Shown here in pieces: positions 15,779-23,325 of a stretch of DNA of 23,325 nt. This DNA is from a virus (Duplodnaviria; Heunggongvirae; Uroviricota; Caudoviricetes). Each line of letters begins with the position of its first letter. Within the stretch, counting starts at the first letter, position 1. A program made the position numbers and the translations under genes. The notes beneath the pieces were generated by a model. It saw nothing but the letters and a program-made list of their open reading frames with translations, ran no database searches and had not been told where the DNA came from. The stretch lies in IMG/VR virus record IMGVR_UViG_2511231170_000001; one strand, 5' to 3'.

Positions 15779-16892
15779 TAAATAGCTGCGCGGAATAGTA
15801 GATCACTTTGAGGGAACTCAGCCCGGATTGTGCGATCTGATCAATCGCCAAATCAAAACAAATCACCAACCGGACTGAGCAATGCCGATCATAGCACCAA
15901 TTTCCCGTGACGAACGACGCCTGATGCAGAAAGCCATCCATAAAACACACGATAAAAATTATGCCCGCAGACTGACTGCCATGCTGATGCTGCACCGGGG
16001 CGACCGTGTCAGCGACGTTGCCAGAACGCTCTGCTGCGCCCGTTCCTCTGTTGGACGCTGGATTAACTGGTTCACGCAGTCGGGTGTTGAGGGACTGAAA
16101 TCATTACCTGCCGGGCGTGCCCGTCGCTGGCCGTTTGAGCATATCTGCACACTGTTACGTGAGCTGGTAAAACATTCTCCCGGCGACTTTGGCTACCAGC
16201 GTTCACGCTGGAGTACAGAACTGCTGGCAATAAAAATCAATGAGATAACCGGTTGCCAGTTAAATGCCGGAACCGTTCGCCGCTGGTTGCCGTCTGCGGG
16301 GATTGTGTGGCGAAGGGCTGCGCCAACTCTGCGTATCCGTGACCCGCATAAAGATGAAAAGATGGCAGCAATCCATAAAGCACTGGACGAATGCTGCGCA
16401 GAGCATCCGGTCTTTTATGAAGATGAAGTGGATATCCATCTTAATCCCAAAATCGGTGCGGACTGGCAACTGCGCGGACAGCAAAAACGGGTGGTCACGC
16501 CGGGACAGGTAAAGCCAGCTATGTGGGCGGCAACAGCAAAAGTTCGGCGCTGTTCATCAGCCTGCTGAAACGGCTTAAAGCGACATACCGTCGGGCGAAA
16601 ACCATCACGCTGATCGTGGACAACTACATTATCCACAAAAGCCGGGAAACACAGAGCTGGCTGAAGGAGAACCCGAAGTTCAGGGTCATTTATCAGCCGG
16701 TTTACTCGCCATGGGTGAATCATGTTGAACGGCTATGGCAGGCACTTCACGACACAATAACGCGTAATCATCAGTGCCGCTCAATGTGGCAACTGTTGAA
16801 AAAAGTTCGCCATTTTATGGAAACCGTTAGCCCATTCCCCGGAGGCAAACATGGGCTGGCAAAAGTGTAGCGGTATTAAGCGCAGCTATTTA
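15779..16892 (+). mobile_element. IS630-family insertion sequence with a disrupted transposase
   Basis: Terminal inverted repeats CTAAATAGCTGCGC (15778-15791) and its complement (16880-16893); IS66 sits 5 bp from its left end. Confidence 0.75.
15882..16870 (+). pseudogene. IS630-family transposase, two frames (15882..16568 and 16523..16870) joined across a short internal deletion near 16500
   Basis: N-terminal helix-turn-helix region and C-terminal catalytic region are both IS630-like; the frame changes between ...VVTPGQ and GKASYVGGNSKSS. Confidence 0.8.
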
Positions 16893-17162
16893 GGCAATCA
16901 GAATTTCCAGCGCCGTTTCCGTGATTAATGATGTCATGTCGTTCCTAGTTACCAGTCGAAAGTGGGCAGGCCCGGCAGACATCCTGCACTGGCAGCCAGA
17001 TGAATGAGACCGACGCCATAACACCGGATGAGAGTGACAACCAGACGACGGAACGTTTTTGACAGGCCAAGACGTTTAAGCCGCAGAACCGGATACGACC
17101 ACGCATCAGTACGTAACAGATAACCGGTACCTGTAAAATGAATCCATTCTGATTCGCCGAAG

Positions 17163-17441
17163 TCATTCGTCTGATGTGACAGTGAGTACAGCCAGGCGTT
17201 GTCCTTTTCCGTGATATGTGCGGTACTGCAACGAACGTATGTCGGTAAGGGCAGTAAACGGTGGTGGAGAGTCGGTTGTCTGCTGTTCGGGAGCATCCAC
17301 CACGCGGAGTGAATAACCGTTTTCAGCGACCTTATTATTCAACTCAGCGGGGTCAATACCATCGACGTCAACGACAATTCGCCCCATGTTCAGTGCCTGC
17401 ACGTTAACGCTGTCTGCTTCGAGCGTCAGAGTCAGTTTCAT
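17163..17441 (-). CDS. YeeW-like small protein, translationally coupled downstream of the toxin
   Basis: ATG 17441-17439 overlaps the toxin stop (ATGA); same position as yeeW in CP4-type islands. Confidence 0.55.
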   Translation of the reverse strand: MKLTLTLEADSVNVQALNMGRIVVDVDGIDPAELNNKVAENGYSLRVVDAPEQQTTDSPPPFTALTDIRSLQYRTYHGKGQRLAVLTVTSDE

Positions 17442-17815
17442 CGTTTCGCCTCCGAATGTTCACCCCGGATGATGTCGTTCACCATTCTGTAGTTGCTGCG
17501 GGTCATCAGGCCGGTTGCCCGGCGGGCCCGGAGGATATCAATACTGTTTATTAACTGAGAACGGGTACAAGCGCTGAATCCTGGCTGGTCGGTACGTACC
17601 AGTGCGTATTTTTCAACGAGAAAGTTCACCGCATCGCACAGTGAAATGCCTGCCTCAATATGCTGCTCAATCACACGTTCATCAGCGAACGGTGTGTCAT
17701 TCAGTGTGAGGCCGTAATGCTGGTCCAACAGTTGGGTGAGCAGTGTCTGCCAGATGGTGACGGGAGACGGGCAGCGCGATGCCTCCCGTACGTGTGTGTC
17801 AGGTAATGTTTTCAT
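17438..17815 (-). CDS. CbtA/YkfI/YpjF-family toxin (type IV toxin-antitoxin, cytoskeleton-targeting)
   Basis: [76 protein letters not shown]... closely resembles CbtA-family toxins; start is the internal ATG at 17815. Confidence 0.85.
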   Translation of the reverse strand: MKTLPDTHVREASRCPSPVTIWQTLLTQLLDQHYGLTLNDTPFADERVIEQHIEAGISLCDAVNFLVEKYALVRTDQPGFSACTRSQLINSIDILRARRATGLMTRSNYRMVNDIIRGEHSEAKR

Positions 17816-17861
17816 CTTAAGTTCTCTGTAACTGGTAGTGCTAAAGGTGAGATATTCGGGG

Positions 17862-18236
17862 TTATGAGGTGGTTGCGGGTGCCAGTGTCGGATAAACAGC
17901 CATATAAACGTAACCACAGCTGCCGAGGGTGTCGGCTTCGCAGGTCAGCCCTCTGGCATACAGCGTGACGGTATGCTGATGGCGGGGATTCAGTTCACCG
18001 ATGGTGAGCATGAGTTCCAGTTGTTTCATCAGCAGTGGAAAAGCCTGGTCCAGATGGTATGCATCCGCGTCGCTGAACTGCCCTCTGATACCGGCGCGGT
18101 CGGCAAGGTAATGCAACTGATTGCCCTCCTGCACCAGACGTGCCCCGAAACAGGGCGTCACGGTGCAGGGTAGCCCCCACCAGGGGCGGTCGTTGTTGTC
18201 GTCGGGATAATTTGTTTCATGGAGCGTGTCTGACAC
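17862..18236 (-). CDS. CbeA/YeeU/YfjZ-family antitoxin
   Basis: ...[64 protein letters not shown]...; GTG start at 18236 (VSDTL) inferred by alignment. Confidence 0.85.
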   Translation of the reverse strand: MSDTLHETNYPDDNNDRPWWGLPCTVTPCFGARLVQEGNQLHYLADRAGIRGQFSDADAYHLDQAFPLLMKQLELMLTIGELNPRHQHTVTLYARGLTCEADTLGSCGYVYMAVYPTLAPATTS

Positions 18237-18285
18237 GATAAAGTCCTCACAGAAAATCGGTGAATGATAGTTTAACGATGACGGG

Positions 18286-18930
18286 TCAGCCGGTGCACAG
18301 ACCGGCTTCGGTGAAGGTGTATTCGTTGATGAGCAGGGCCTCATCCACAGCGGCGTCTGAGGTCAGCCAGTCGTACTCGTTTTCCAGTTGACGGTACAAC
18401 CAGAAGGCCAGGTCGCGCAGGGCTTCGCTGACAGCGGCTTCCGCATCGGCTGTCAGTGCCTGACCAGTCGGACTGTTCCGGGTGACGGTGATATCCATGC
18501 TGTACGGATGGCAGTAACGTCCCCGGTGACTGATTTCAGCCTGTAACTGCCAGAAGTTACGCTTCTGTACCGCCTGCAGGGCATCCGCGATACGATGAAG
18601 CTCACGGTCCTGAGGGGCATATTCCCTGATTTTCCGGGGTGTCGCTGGCTGCCAGTGCCAGCGCCCTTCAAAACAGGCTCCGTCCCCCTGGCTGCAGAAT
18701 CCGCTGAACCAGATGCACGGCTCTTCCATAAACCTGCCGTTGCTGAGCCGGAAAACGCGCTGGCGGAGGTCAATTCCGAAAATGCCACAGACCTCCCTGA
18801 AGTCCTCATACACGTTTTCATACCAGTTGCTGTCAGCATGATGCTGACGGTACCAGTCGCGGGCTTTTTCCTGTGCGGTGGAGGATAGCTCATGCAGTGT
18901 ATACACGGTGGTGGTGATAATTCTGCTCAT
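18286..18930 (-). CDS. Hypothetical protein (214 aa) between the DUF987 gene and the antitoxin
   Basis: Gene-like ORF tightly packed in the operon; no family recognised. Confidence 0.55.
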   Translation of the reverse strand: MSRIITTTVYTLHELSSTAQEKARDWYRQHHADSNWYENVYEDFREVCGIFGIDLRQRVFRLSNGRFMEEPCIWFSGFCSQGDGACFEGRWHWQPATPRKIREYAPQDRELHRIADALQAVQKRNFWQLQAEISHRGRYCHPYSMDITVTRNSPTGQALTADAEAAVSEALRDLAFWLYRQLENEYDWLTSDAAVDEALLINEYTFTEAGLCTG

Positions 18931-18948
18931 CAGAATGCCCTTACTGAC

Positions 18949-19170
18949 TCAGTTCAGAGTGACGCTCATCAGCCGGACATACGGGCCAAAACTGTCCTTA
19001 CGGCGTTCAGCAAACACGGCCAGCACACCGGGAATATCCTGCACTTCACGACCGGTATACGTTTCAGTGCTGCCGTGCCAGCGGTATTTGCCGGTACAGA
19101 ACGGAAAAAGACGGGATGCAGGATGCTGTTGGTGAATACGCATGGCTTCACCACGGGTGATGATTTTCAT
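18949..19170 (-). CDS. DUF987 / YeeT-YkfF family protein
   Basis: MKIITRGEAMRIHQQHP.SRLFPFCTGKYRWHGS...YTGREVQDIPGVLAVFAERRKDSFGPYVRLMSVTLN is near-identical to recalled YeeT. Confidence 0.85.
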   Translation of the reverse strand: MKIITRGEAMRIHQQHPASRLFPFCTGKYRWHGSTETYTGREVQDIPGVLAVFAERRKDSFGPYVRLMSVTLN

Positions 19171-19232
19171 AATGGGATACCTCTGAAGACAGAAGATAAA
19201 AGTGAAAACAGGTGTGATGTGGTTGTGACGGG

Positions 19233-19709
19233 TTAAAGCAGACCATGTTCGGCAAAGGAGAAAACCTGGCTGCCACCGACTATCAGATGGTCCGGCACCC
19301 GGATATCCACCAGGCCCAGTGCCTGTACCAGACGTTCCGTGATAAGCCGGTCTGCCTTGCTGGGTGTGACTTCACCGGACGGGTGATTATGTGCCAGCAC
19401 CACGGCTGCGGCATTGTGATACAGGGCGCGTTTAATCACTTCCCGGGGATGGACTTCCGTGCGGTTGATGGTGCCGGTGAAGAGGGTTTCACCGGCAATC
19501 AGCTGATTCTGGTTATTCAGATACAGCACCCGGAACTCTTCACGCTCCAGTCCCGCCATGTTCAGAATCAGCCATTCCCGTGCCGCACGGGTGGAGGTGA
19601 AGGCCACGCCGGGTTCATGAAGATGGCGGTCCAGGGTTTTCAGGGCCCGCAGAATGAGACTGCGCTCGCCGGGCGTCATTTCTCCGGGCAGAAAGGAAAT
19701 CTGTTGCAT
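19233..19709 (-). CDS. RadC-like JAB-domain protein (YeeS/YkfG/YfjY family)
   Basis: JAMM motif ...VVLAHNHPSGEVTPSKADRLIT... Confidence 0.85.
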   Translation of the reverse strand: MQQISFLPGEMTPGERSLILRALKTLDRHLHEPGVAFTSTRAAREWLILNMAGLEREEFRVLYLNNQNQLIAGETLFTGTINRTEVHPREVIKRALYHNAAAVVLAHNHPSGEVTPSKADRLITERLVQALGLVDIRVPDHLIVGGSQVFSFAEHGLL

Positions 19710-19724
19710 TGTTCCTGCCCCCTT

Positions 19725-20198
19725 TCAGTCAATAATGCGCATAATGGCGCTGCATTCCGGATGCTGCAGGGCGTAATCCCGCAGACGGTAATAATGAACC
19801 GTCATGGCATAACACTCCGTACGGCAGGCGTGATGACTGTACGTCATCAGACAGGCGGCAATGCCGGCGGCTTCCGGGCTCATTTCAGCGCGGTTACCGT
19901 TCATGACGTTAAACAGCACCCATGTTTCGTCATCATCGTCATCCGGTTCGGGTGCCATAAATGCGCCACCGTTGTTCAGGGTGTACAGATTCCAGATACC
20001 ACCGCAGTAGTCTTCATACAGACGGTCCATCCAGCCGAAGACCCGGGGCTCCAGGGTCACCCACTGTGGAATGAGGCCAAAATGCTGCGGCCAGAAGCTG
20101 ATGCGCTGTTCATCAGGGACTATGGTGGCAACCAGTTGTTGCAGGCCAGTCTCCGGTGCACAGGCCGAAGAGGTGGTGTTCTGAGACAATGTTTTCAT
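19725..20198 (-). CDS. Antirestriction protein, KlcA/ArdB-like (YfjX/YafX family)
   Basis: Start at ATG 20198 after AAGGA; MKTLSQNTTSSACAPE... and an acidic DDDDDE patch. Confidence 0.8.
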   Translation of the reverse strand: MKTLSQNTTSSACAPETGLQQLVATIVPDEQRISFWPQHFGLIPQWVTLEPRVFGWMDRLYEDYCGGIWNLYTLNNGGAFMAPEPDDDDDETWVLFNVMNGNRAEMSPEAAGIAACLMTYSHHACRTECYAMTVHYYRLRDYALQHPECSAIMRIID

Positions 20199-20291
20199 GT
20201 ATGAAATCCTTGTAATGTGAATAAATGAGAGGGAGTAAAGGTCGGGAGCTGGCAACATCACGTTCATCACTGACCGTGAGACCCGGTAATA

Positions 20292-20537
20292 TCAGGGATG
20301 AATGATATTCGGCTGAAATTCCGGACAGCCGTACGCGTAACCGTTCCGGTCACAGACGGATGGCCAGATGCCATTGCCTGTACTCAGTCTGCACAGACTG
20401 ATTTCTCCGGGACGGTAAAGCAGACGGGTACACCAGGCGCACAGGTCATCATCAGAAATGGAACGACACCCCGGCAGCGCCTCCGGGGCGTCGGGTGATT
20501 CTGGTGCCTGAATCACGCCTTCAGGGACATGCTGCAT
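20292..20537 (-). CDS. Hypothetical small Cys-rich protein, translationally coupled to the DUF932 gene
   Basis: ATG at 20537 overlaps the DUF932 stop (ATGA). Confidence 0.4.
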   Translation of the reverse strand: MQHVPEGVIQAPESPDAPEALPGCRSISDDDLCAWCTRLLYRPGEISLCRLSTGNGIWPSVCDRNGYAYGCPEFQPNIIHP

Positions 20538-21358
20538 CAGCGCTGGCTCTCCAGCAGCGTTTCTGCCATTACCCACAATGCGCGGTTGAGCTTAATATCG
20601 GTGTCGATGCTGTGAATGGCACGGGTGTGGATACGTTTTCCTTTTGCACTGCGACCGGAAATCCCGCCTTTCAGCATATTCTCCTGGATGGTCTGATAAG
20701 TACTCCACAGGTCCTTACCGTAATCCTCCCGGCGTCGTGGCGTCAGAATGTCGGCGGTGGTGACGGGCCGATGTTCGTCACCATAACGGTAAGTCAGTGC
20801 CGCCTGTGCCAGCGCCTGGCGTGCCGGTGGCGGCAGAATCAGCGACTGCATGGCATCACGCATCTCCTCTATCCGGTCAAACACGCCCACCACCTCGTAA
20901 GCCCCTTCAATGACTCTGTCCACCACATTTCCCCGGTGCGGAACACGCACTTCCCCCAGAGACTGACCACAGACGCATCCGTTCTGGCAGACGAACCTGA
21001 AGTAACCCGGCAGCATCTGGTAGCTGGAGGTACCGTCATGAGAGTTGAGCAGAATAATTTCAGGGACATGTTCTCCGTTTATCTCTCCGTTACGGCGCAG
21101 GCGCAGCATGTGTTTTGTGTATCCCCGGCGGCCCGGGTCGCGCACACAGGTCTGGCAGGCGAAGAATGGCTGAAAGCCTTCCCGCTGCAGGCTTTCCAGT
21201 ACGGTGATGGTGGGGATGTACGTATAGTTCTGGCTTCGGGACGTGTGTTTCTCTTCCCCGAAAATCCCCGGCACATGGTGCATCAGCTCTTCATGTGTCA
21301 GTGGACGGTCACGGCGTATCTGGTTCGCAGCATAACCAAAACAACTGGCTAATCGCAT
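20537..21358 (-). CDS. DUF932-domain protein (YfjQ-like)
   Basis: 273 aa; MRLAS.FG...IRR.RPLT..ELM..VP..F...KH.SRS..YTYIPTI...L...GFQPFFACQ pattern recalled from YfjQ. Confidence 0.8.
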   Translation of the reverse strand: MRLASCFGYAANQIRRDRPLTHEELMHHVPGIFGEEKHTSRSQNYTYIPTITVLESLQREGFQPFFACQTCVRDPGRRGYTKHMLRLRRNGEINGEHVPEIILLNSHDGTSSYQMLPGYFRFVCQNGCVCGQSLGEVRVPHRGNVVDRVIEGAYEVVGVFDRIEEMRDAMQSLILPPPARQALAQAALTYRYGDEHRPVTTADILTPRRREDYGKDLWSTYQTIQENMLKGGISGRSAKGKRIHTRAIHSIDTDIKLNRALWVMAETLLESQR

Positions 21359-21394
21359 ACTTTGCTCCTTATCGGTGGTTAAGATTTACTGGTG

Positions 21395-21425
21395 TAATAA
21401 ATGAAAAAGCCACGTCTCCCGGAGA
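21395..21425 (-). terminator. Possible rho-independent terminator on the minus strand
   Basis: Reverse complement reads GCGTCTTCTCCGGGAGACG followed by TTTTTCATTT. Confidence 0.3.
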
Positions 21426-21457
21426 AGACGCAGCCTGATGGGTGAAATGAATGACGT

Positions 21458-21691
21458 TTATTGTCTTAGAGGACCGTCACTGGCGAGCCGCGTATTAAGC
21501 ACCTTTCCGGCATCGGGTTCAGAATTCCGGCAGCGCCAGCGTCGCTGACCTTCCGCGTTGCGGATAACCCAACGGAAATGCATTCCCGGGTCATCCTGGA
21601 TAAACACATTGCGGTAAGCTGTTATGACAGCAACCTCCTGTTCGCGTAAGAAAGGGGCTTCGGAAAATAAGAGTAATGTACAGCCCCTCAT
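21458..21691 (-). CDS. Hypothetical protein, possibly a gene remnant
   Basis: ORF only. Confidence 0.3.
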   Translation of the reverse strand: MRGCTLLLFSEAPFLREQEVAVITAYRNVFIQDDPGMHFRWVIRNAEGQRRWRCRNSEPDAGKVLNTRLASDGPLRQ

Positions 21692-21808
21692 GTGTTTTCA
21701 CCTGAAAATAAAAAGCCCCAGCCATAATGGCAGGAGCGAATTTACTATTGATTTTAATAATGCGCAGATAAGACGCATAATTCCTTTAATAGTTTTGTTC
21801 GTTATGGA

Positions 21809-22261
21809 TTATTCGAGTGGATAGTCGCGATAGTGCCAGTATTTACCATCAACATAAAAGGTCACCTTACCGCGACGTTTACCCTCCCTATAAAACGTAT
21901 CGAAATTCCAGGTAACATTCTTGCCAGTTGAATAGCTGCCACCAACGACAACATCACCAACCATTATTGCATGAACAACCACGCCATAAGCGTTAAGTCT
22001 GCCTTTACCATTGGGGGAATTGAAAGGGATTCGGACAACGCTTGCTGCACCCCAGGGGTCAGTTTGTTCAACAAAGCAGAGACCTTTAAAGCGTAAACGT
22101 GCATTACATGGGAACTGGTTACGGTTTTGCGCGAACTCCACATATTCCGGGAACGGTGCACGACCTTTCTCAGGACGCTTTACTAATGCGGCGTCGCTAT
22201 CAGGTACGATAGTCATGAACAGGAAAGCAACAAAGAACGTTAAAATGTGTCGGTGTTTCAT
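21809..22261 (-). CDS. Putative secreted protein with N-terminal signal peptide
   Basis: Start at ATG 22261 after AAGGA; MKHRHILTFFVAFLFMTIVPDSDA signal-like N-terminus; AT-rich gene. Confidence 0.6.
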   Translation of the reverse strand: MKHRHILTFFVAFLFMTIVPDSDAALVKRPEKGRAPFPEYVEFAQNRNQFPCNARLRFKGLCFVEQTDPWGAASVVRIPFNSPNGKGRLNAYGVVVHAIMVGDVVVGGSYSTGKNVTWNFDTFYREGKRRGKVTFYVDGKYWHYRDYPLE

Positions 22262-22416
22262 GATAAAAATCCTTCTTAAATTATTCGATACCACGGCTTA
22301 CGGAATACGACCGATTAATTCGGCGTTATGGCAGAAATCCATGGTCGTATAATTATCCGCGGCCAGTAGATGAATGCTGGCAGACATGACTTCTGGCGGT
22401 TCGCAAGCGATGTCCA

Positions 22417-22665
22417 TTAAACGTGGACAGGCTTTGGCTTTTTATCGCTAATAACTAGCCCAGTGCAGGTATCCCCCTGCATCAGTTTATACACTTCGTG
22501 TTTACTGAAGCTATATATTAACACCGGTGACTCGTCCGGGTTAATAATTACAGATTCTTCAGTTGGTTCGCAGTGACGGATATCCGAACCACCGAGTGCA
22601 TAAGTGTCGGTGATGCCAATTTCACAGAAAAGAATGATAGTATAAAGTATAGTTTTGATTTTCAT
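22417..22665 (-). CDS. Putative small secreted protein
   Basis: MKIKTILYTIILFCEIGITDTYA signal-like N-terminus; start at ATG 22665. Confidence 0.5.
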   Translation of the reverse strand: MKIKTILYTIILFCEIGITDTYALGGSDIRHCEPTEESVIINPDESPVLIYSFSKHEVYKLMQGDTCTGLVISDKKPKPVHV

Positions 22666-22695
22666 TTCACTCACAGTTGCGAAAAGGTTGAATAC

Positions 22696-23325
22696 TTACA
22701 GCTCCATTCTGGCAAGATATTGTTTGAAATCTTCTTGCGCTTTCATTAGATCACGACGTTCGGACTTATTCATTCTGCTGAGGATCGCATCATTCACACA
22801 TTGCGCAGGCAGGCGGAGTAAGACATGAGTCTTATGTTTTTGTCTGATCTCTTTTACTTTACGATCCGATTCACCAACACCATGAGTATCGAGCACCCCG
22901 GTTCGAAAGAACTCGTCAAGTTCGTTACTTTGCGCAAGGTATTGAGTATCGACAAAGACGTAGTGACACGAGTTTTTGTTCTCAGCCCAATACCCGATCT
23001 GAATATCAGACCATAAGGCGTCCTTGTTGTTTAGCAAGTAGAAAGTCCTGGTTTCGTTGTCAGCGACGAAAATTATGCTGCTGTTTTTACTACGGTAAAT
23101 CGTGTATCTGTTACCCGGATAATTCGCAATTTCTTCGGCCTTATAGAGGAGACTGTTTAAATATTCTTTTTTATACCCGGTTTCGTTTTTCCAGCCTGCT
23201 TTTTCTTTGTAAAACCATACTCCCTGCGGAAAACCGGTGATATCCTCTTCAAACTGACCCAGCGATTCGGCAGTCGCGGTGATGGAAATGAGTAAACCGA
23301 TAACCAGAATTAAAAAATGTTTCAT
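22696..23325 (-). CDS. Putative secreted protein (209 aa); start codon at the window edge
   Basis: MKHFLILVIGLLISITATA signal peptide; AT-rich. Confidence 0.6.
   Translation of the reverse strand: MKHFLILVIGLLISITATAESLGQFEEDITGFPQGVWFYKEKAGWKNETGYKKEYLNSLLYKAEEIANYPGNRYTIYRSKNSSIIFVADNETRTFYLLNNKDALWSDIQIGYWAENKNSCHYVFVDTQYLAQSNELDEFFRTGVLDTHGVGESDRKVKEIRQKHKTHVLLRLPAQCVNDAILSRMNKSERRDLMKAQEDFKQYLARMEL

Noticed and set aside
16945-17296. Overlapping minus-strand ORFs (73 aa and 115 aa) between IS630 and the YeeW-like gene
   Set aside because: No family signal and they overlap the YeeW-like gene in another frame; possibly debris of a gene cut by IS630, not resolvable by eye.
19245-20204. 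319-aa plus-strand ORF
   Set aside because: Antisense to the RadC-like and antirestriction genes, which have clear family signatures; low-complexity Gly/His-rich product.
20495-21352. 285-aa plus-strand ORF
   Set aside because: Antisense to the DUF932 gene, which has the recognisable sequence.
1-23325. CRISPR arrays, rRNA and tRNA genes
   Set aside because: No regularly spaced 25-40-bp repeats with unique spacers and no rRNA- or tRNA-like structures were seen; the repeats present are IS ends, att arm repeats, iterons and cos elements.

Overview
Mosaic accessory region of an Enterobacteriaceae (E. coli-like) chromosome, read by eye from the sequence and ORF track; all homology calls are from recalled protein families and hand alignment, not database searches, and the coordinates of starts and junctions are hand-derived. 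Layout: (1) 1-858, a minus-strand hypothetical gene broken by in-frame stop codons. (2) 1091-15764, an IS66-family element (tnpA, tnpB, frameshifted tnpC) bounded by an 8-bp target duplication TATTGTTC; its tnpC is split by a 12.3-kb insertion. (3) That insertion, 3251-15546, is an IS110/IS1111-family element whose transposase gene is itself split by a roughly 10.8-kb integrative island (about 4394-15236). (4) The island looks like a phage satellite: tyrosine integrase, AlpA, a leftward RHH-like regulator facing a palindromic operator, small ORFs, a RepA-like replication ATPase followed by an iteron origin, an SSB-like protein, then a lambda-type head and packaging module (gpE-like major capsid, gpD-like decoration protein, a cos site almost identical to lambda cosQ/cosN, and a Nu1-like small terminase). 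No large terminase, portal or protease is present, which implies dependence on a lambdoid helper. This island is the most interesting object in the window. (5) 15779-16892, an IS630-family element with a deletion-disrupted transposase. (6) 17163-23325, a minus-strand CP4-type prophage-remnant module (three signal-peptide proteins, DUF932, KlcA-like antirestriction, RadC-like, DUF987, an unplaced 214-aa gene, CbeA/CbtA toxin-antitoxin, YeeW-like). No rRNA, tRNA or CRISPR array was recognised.
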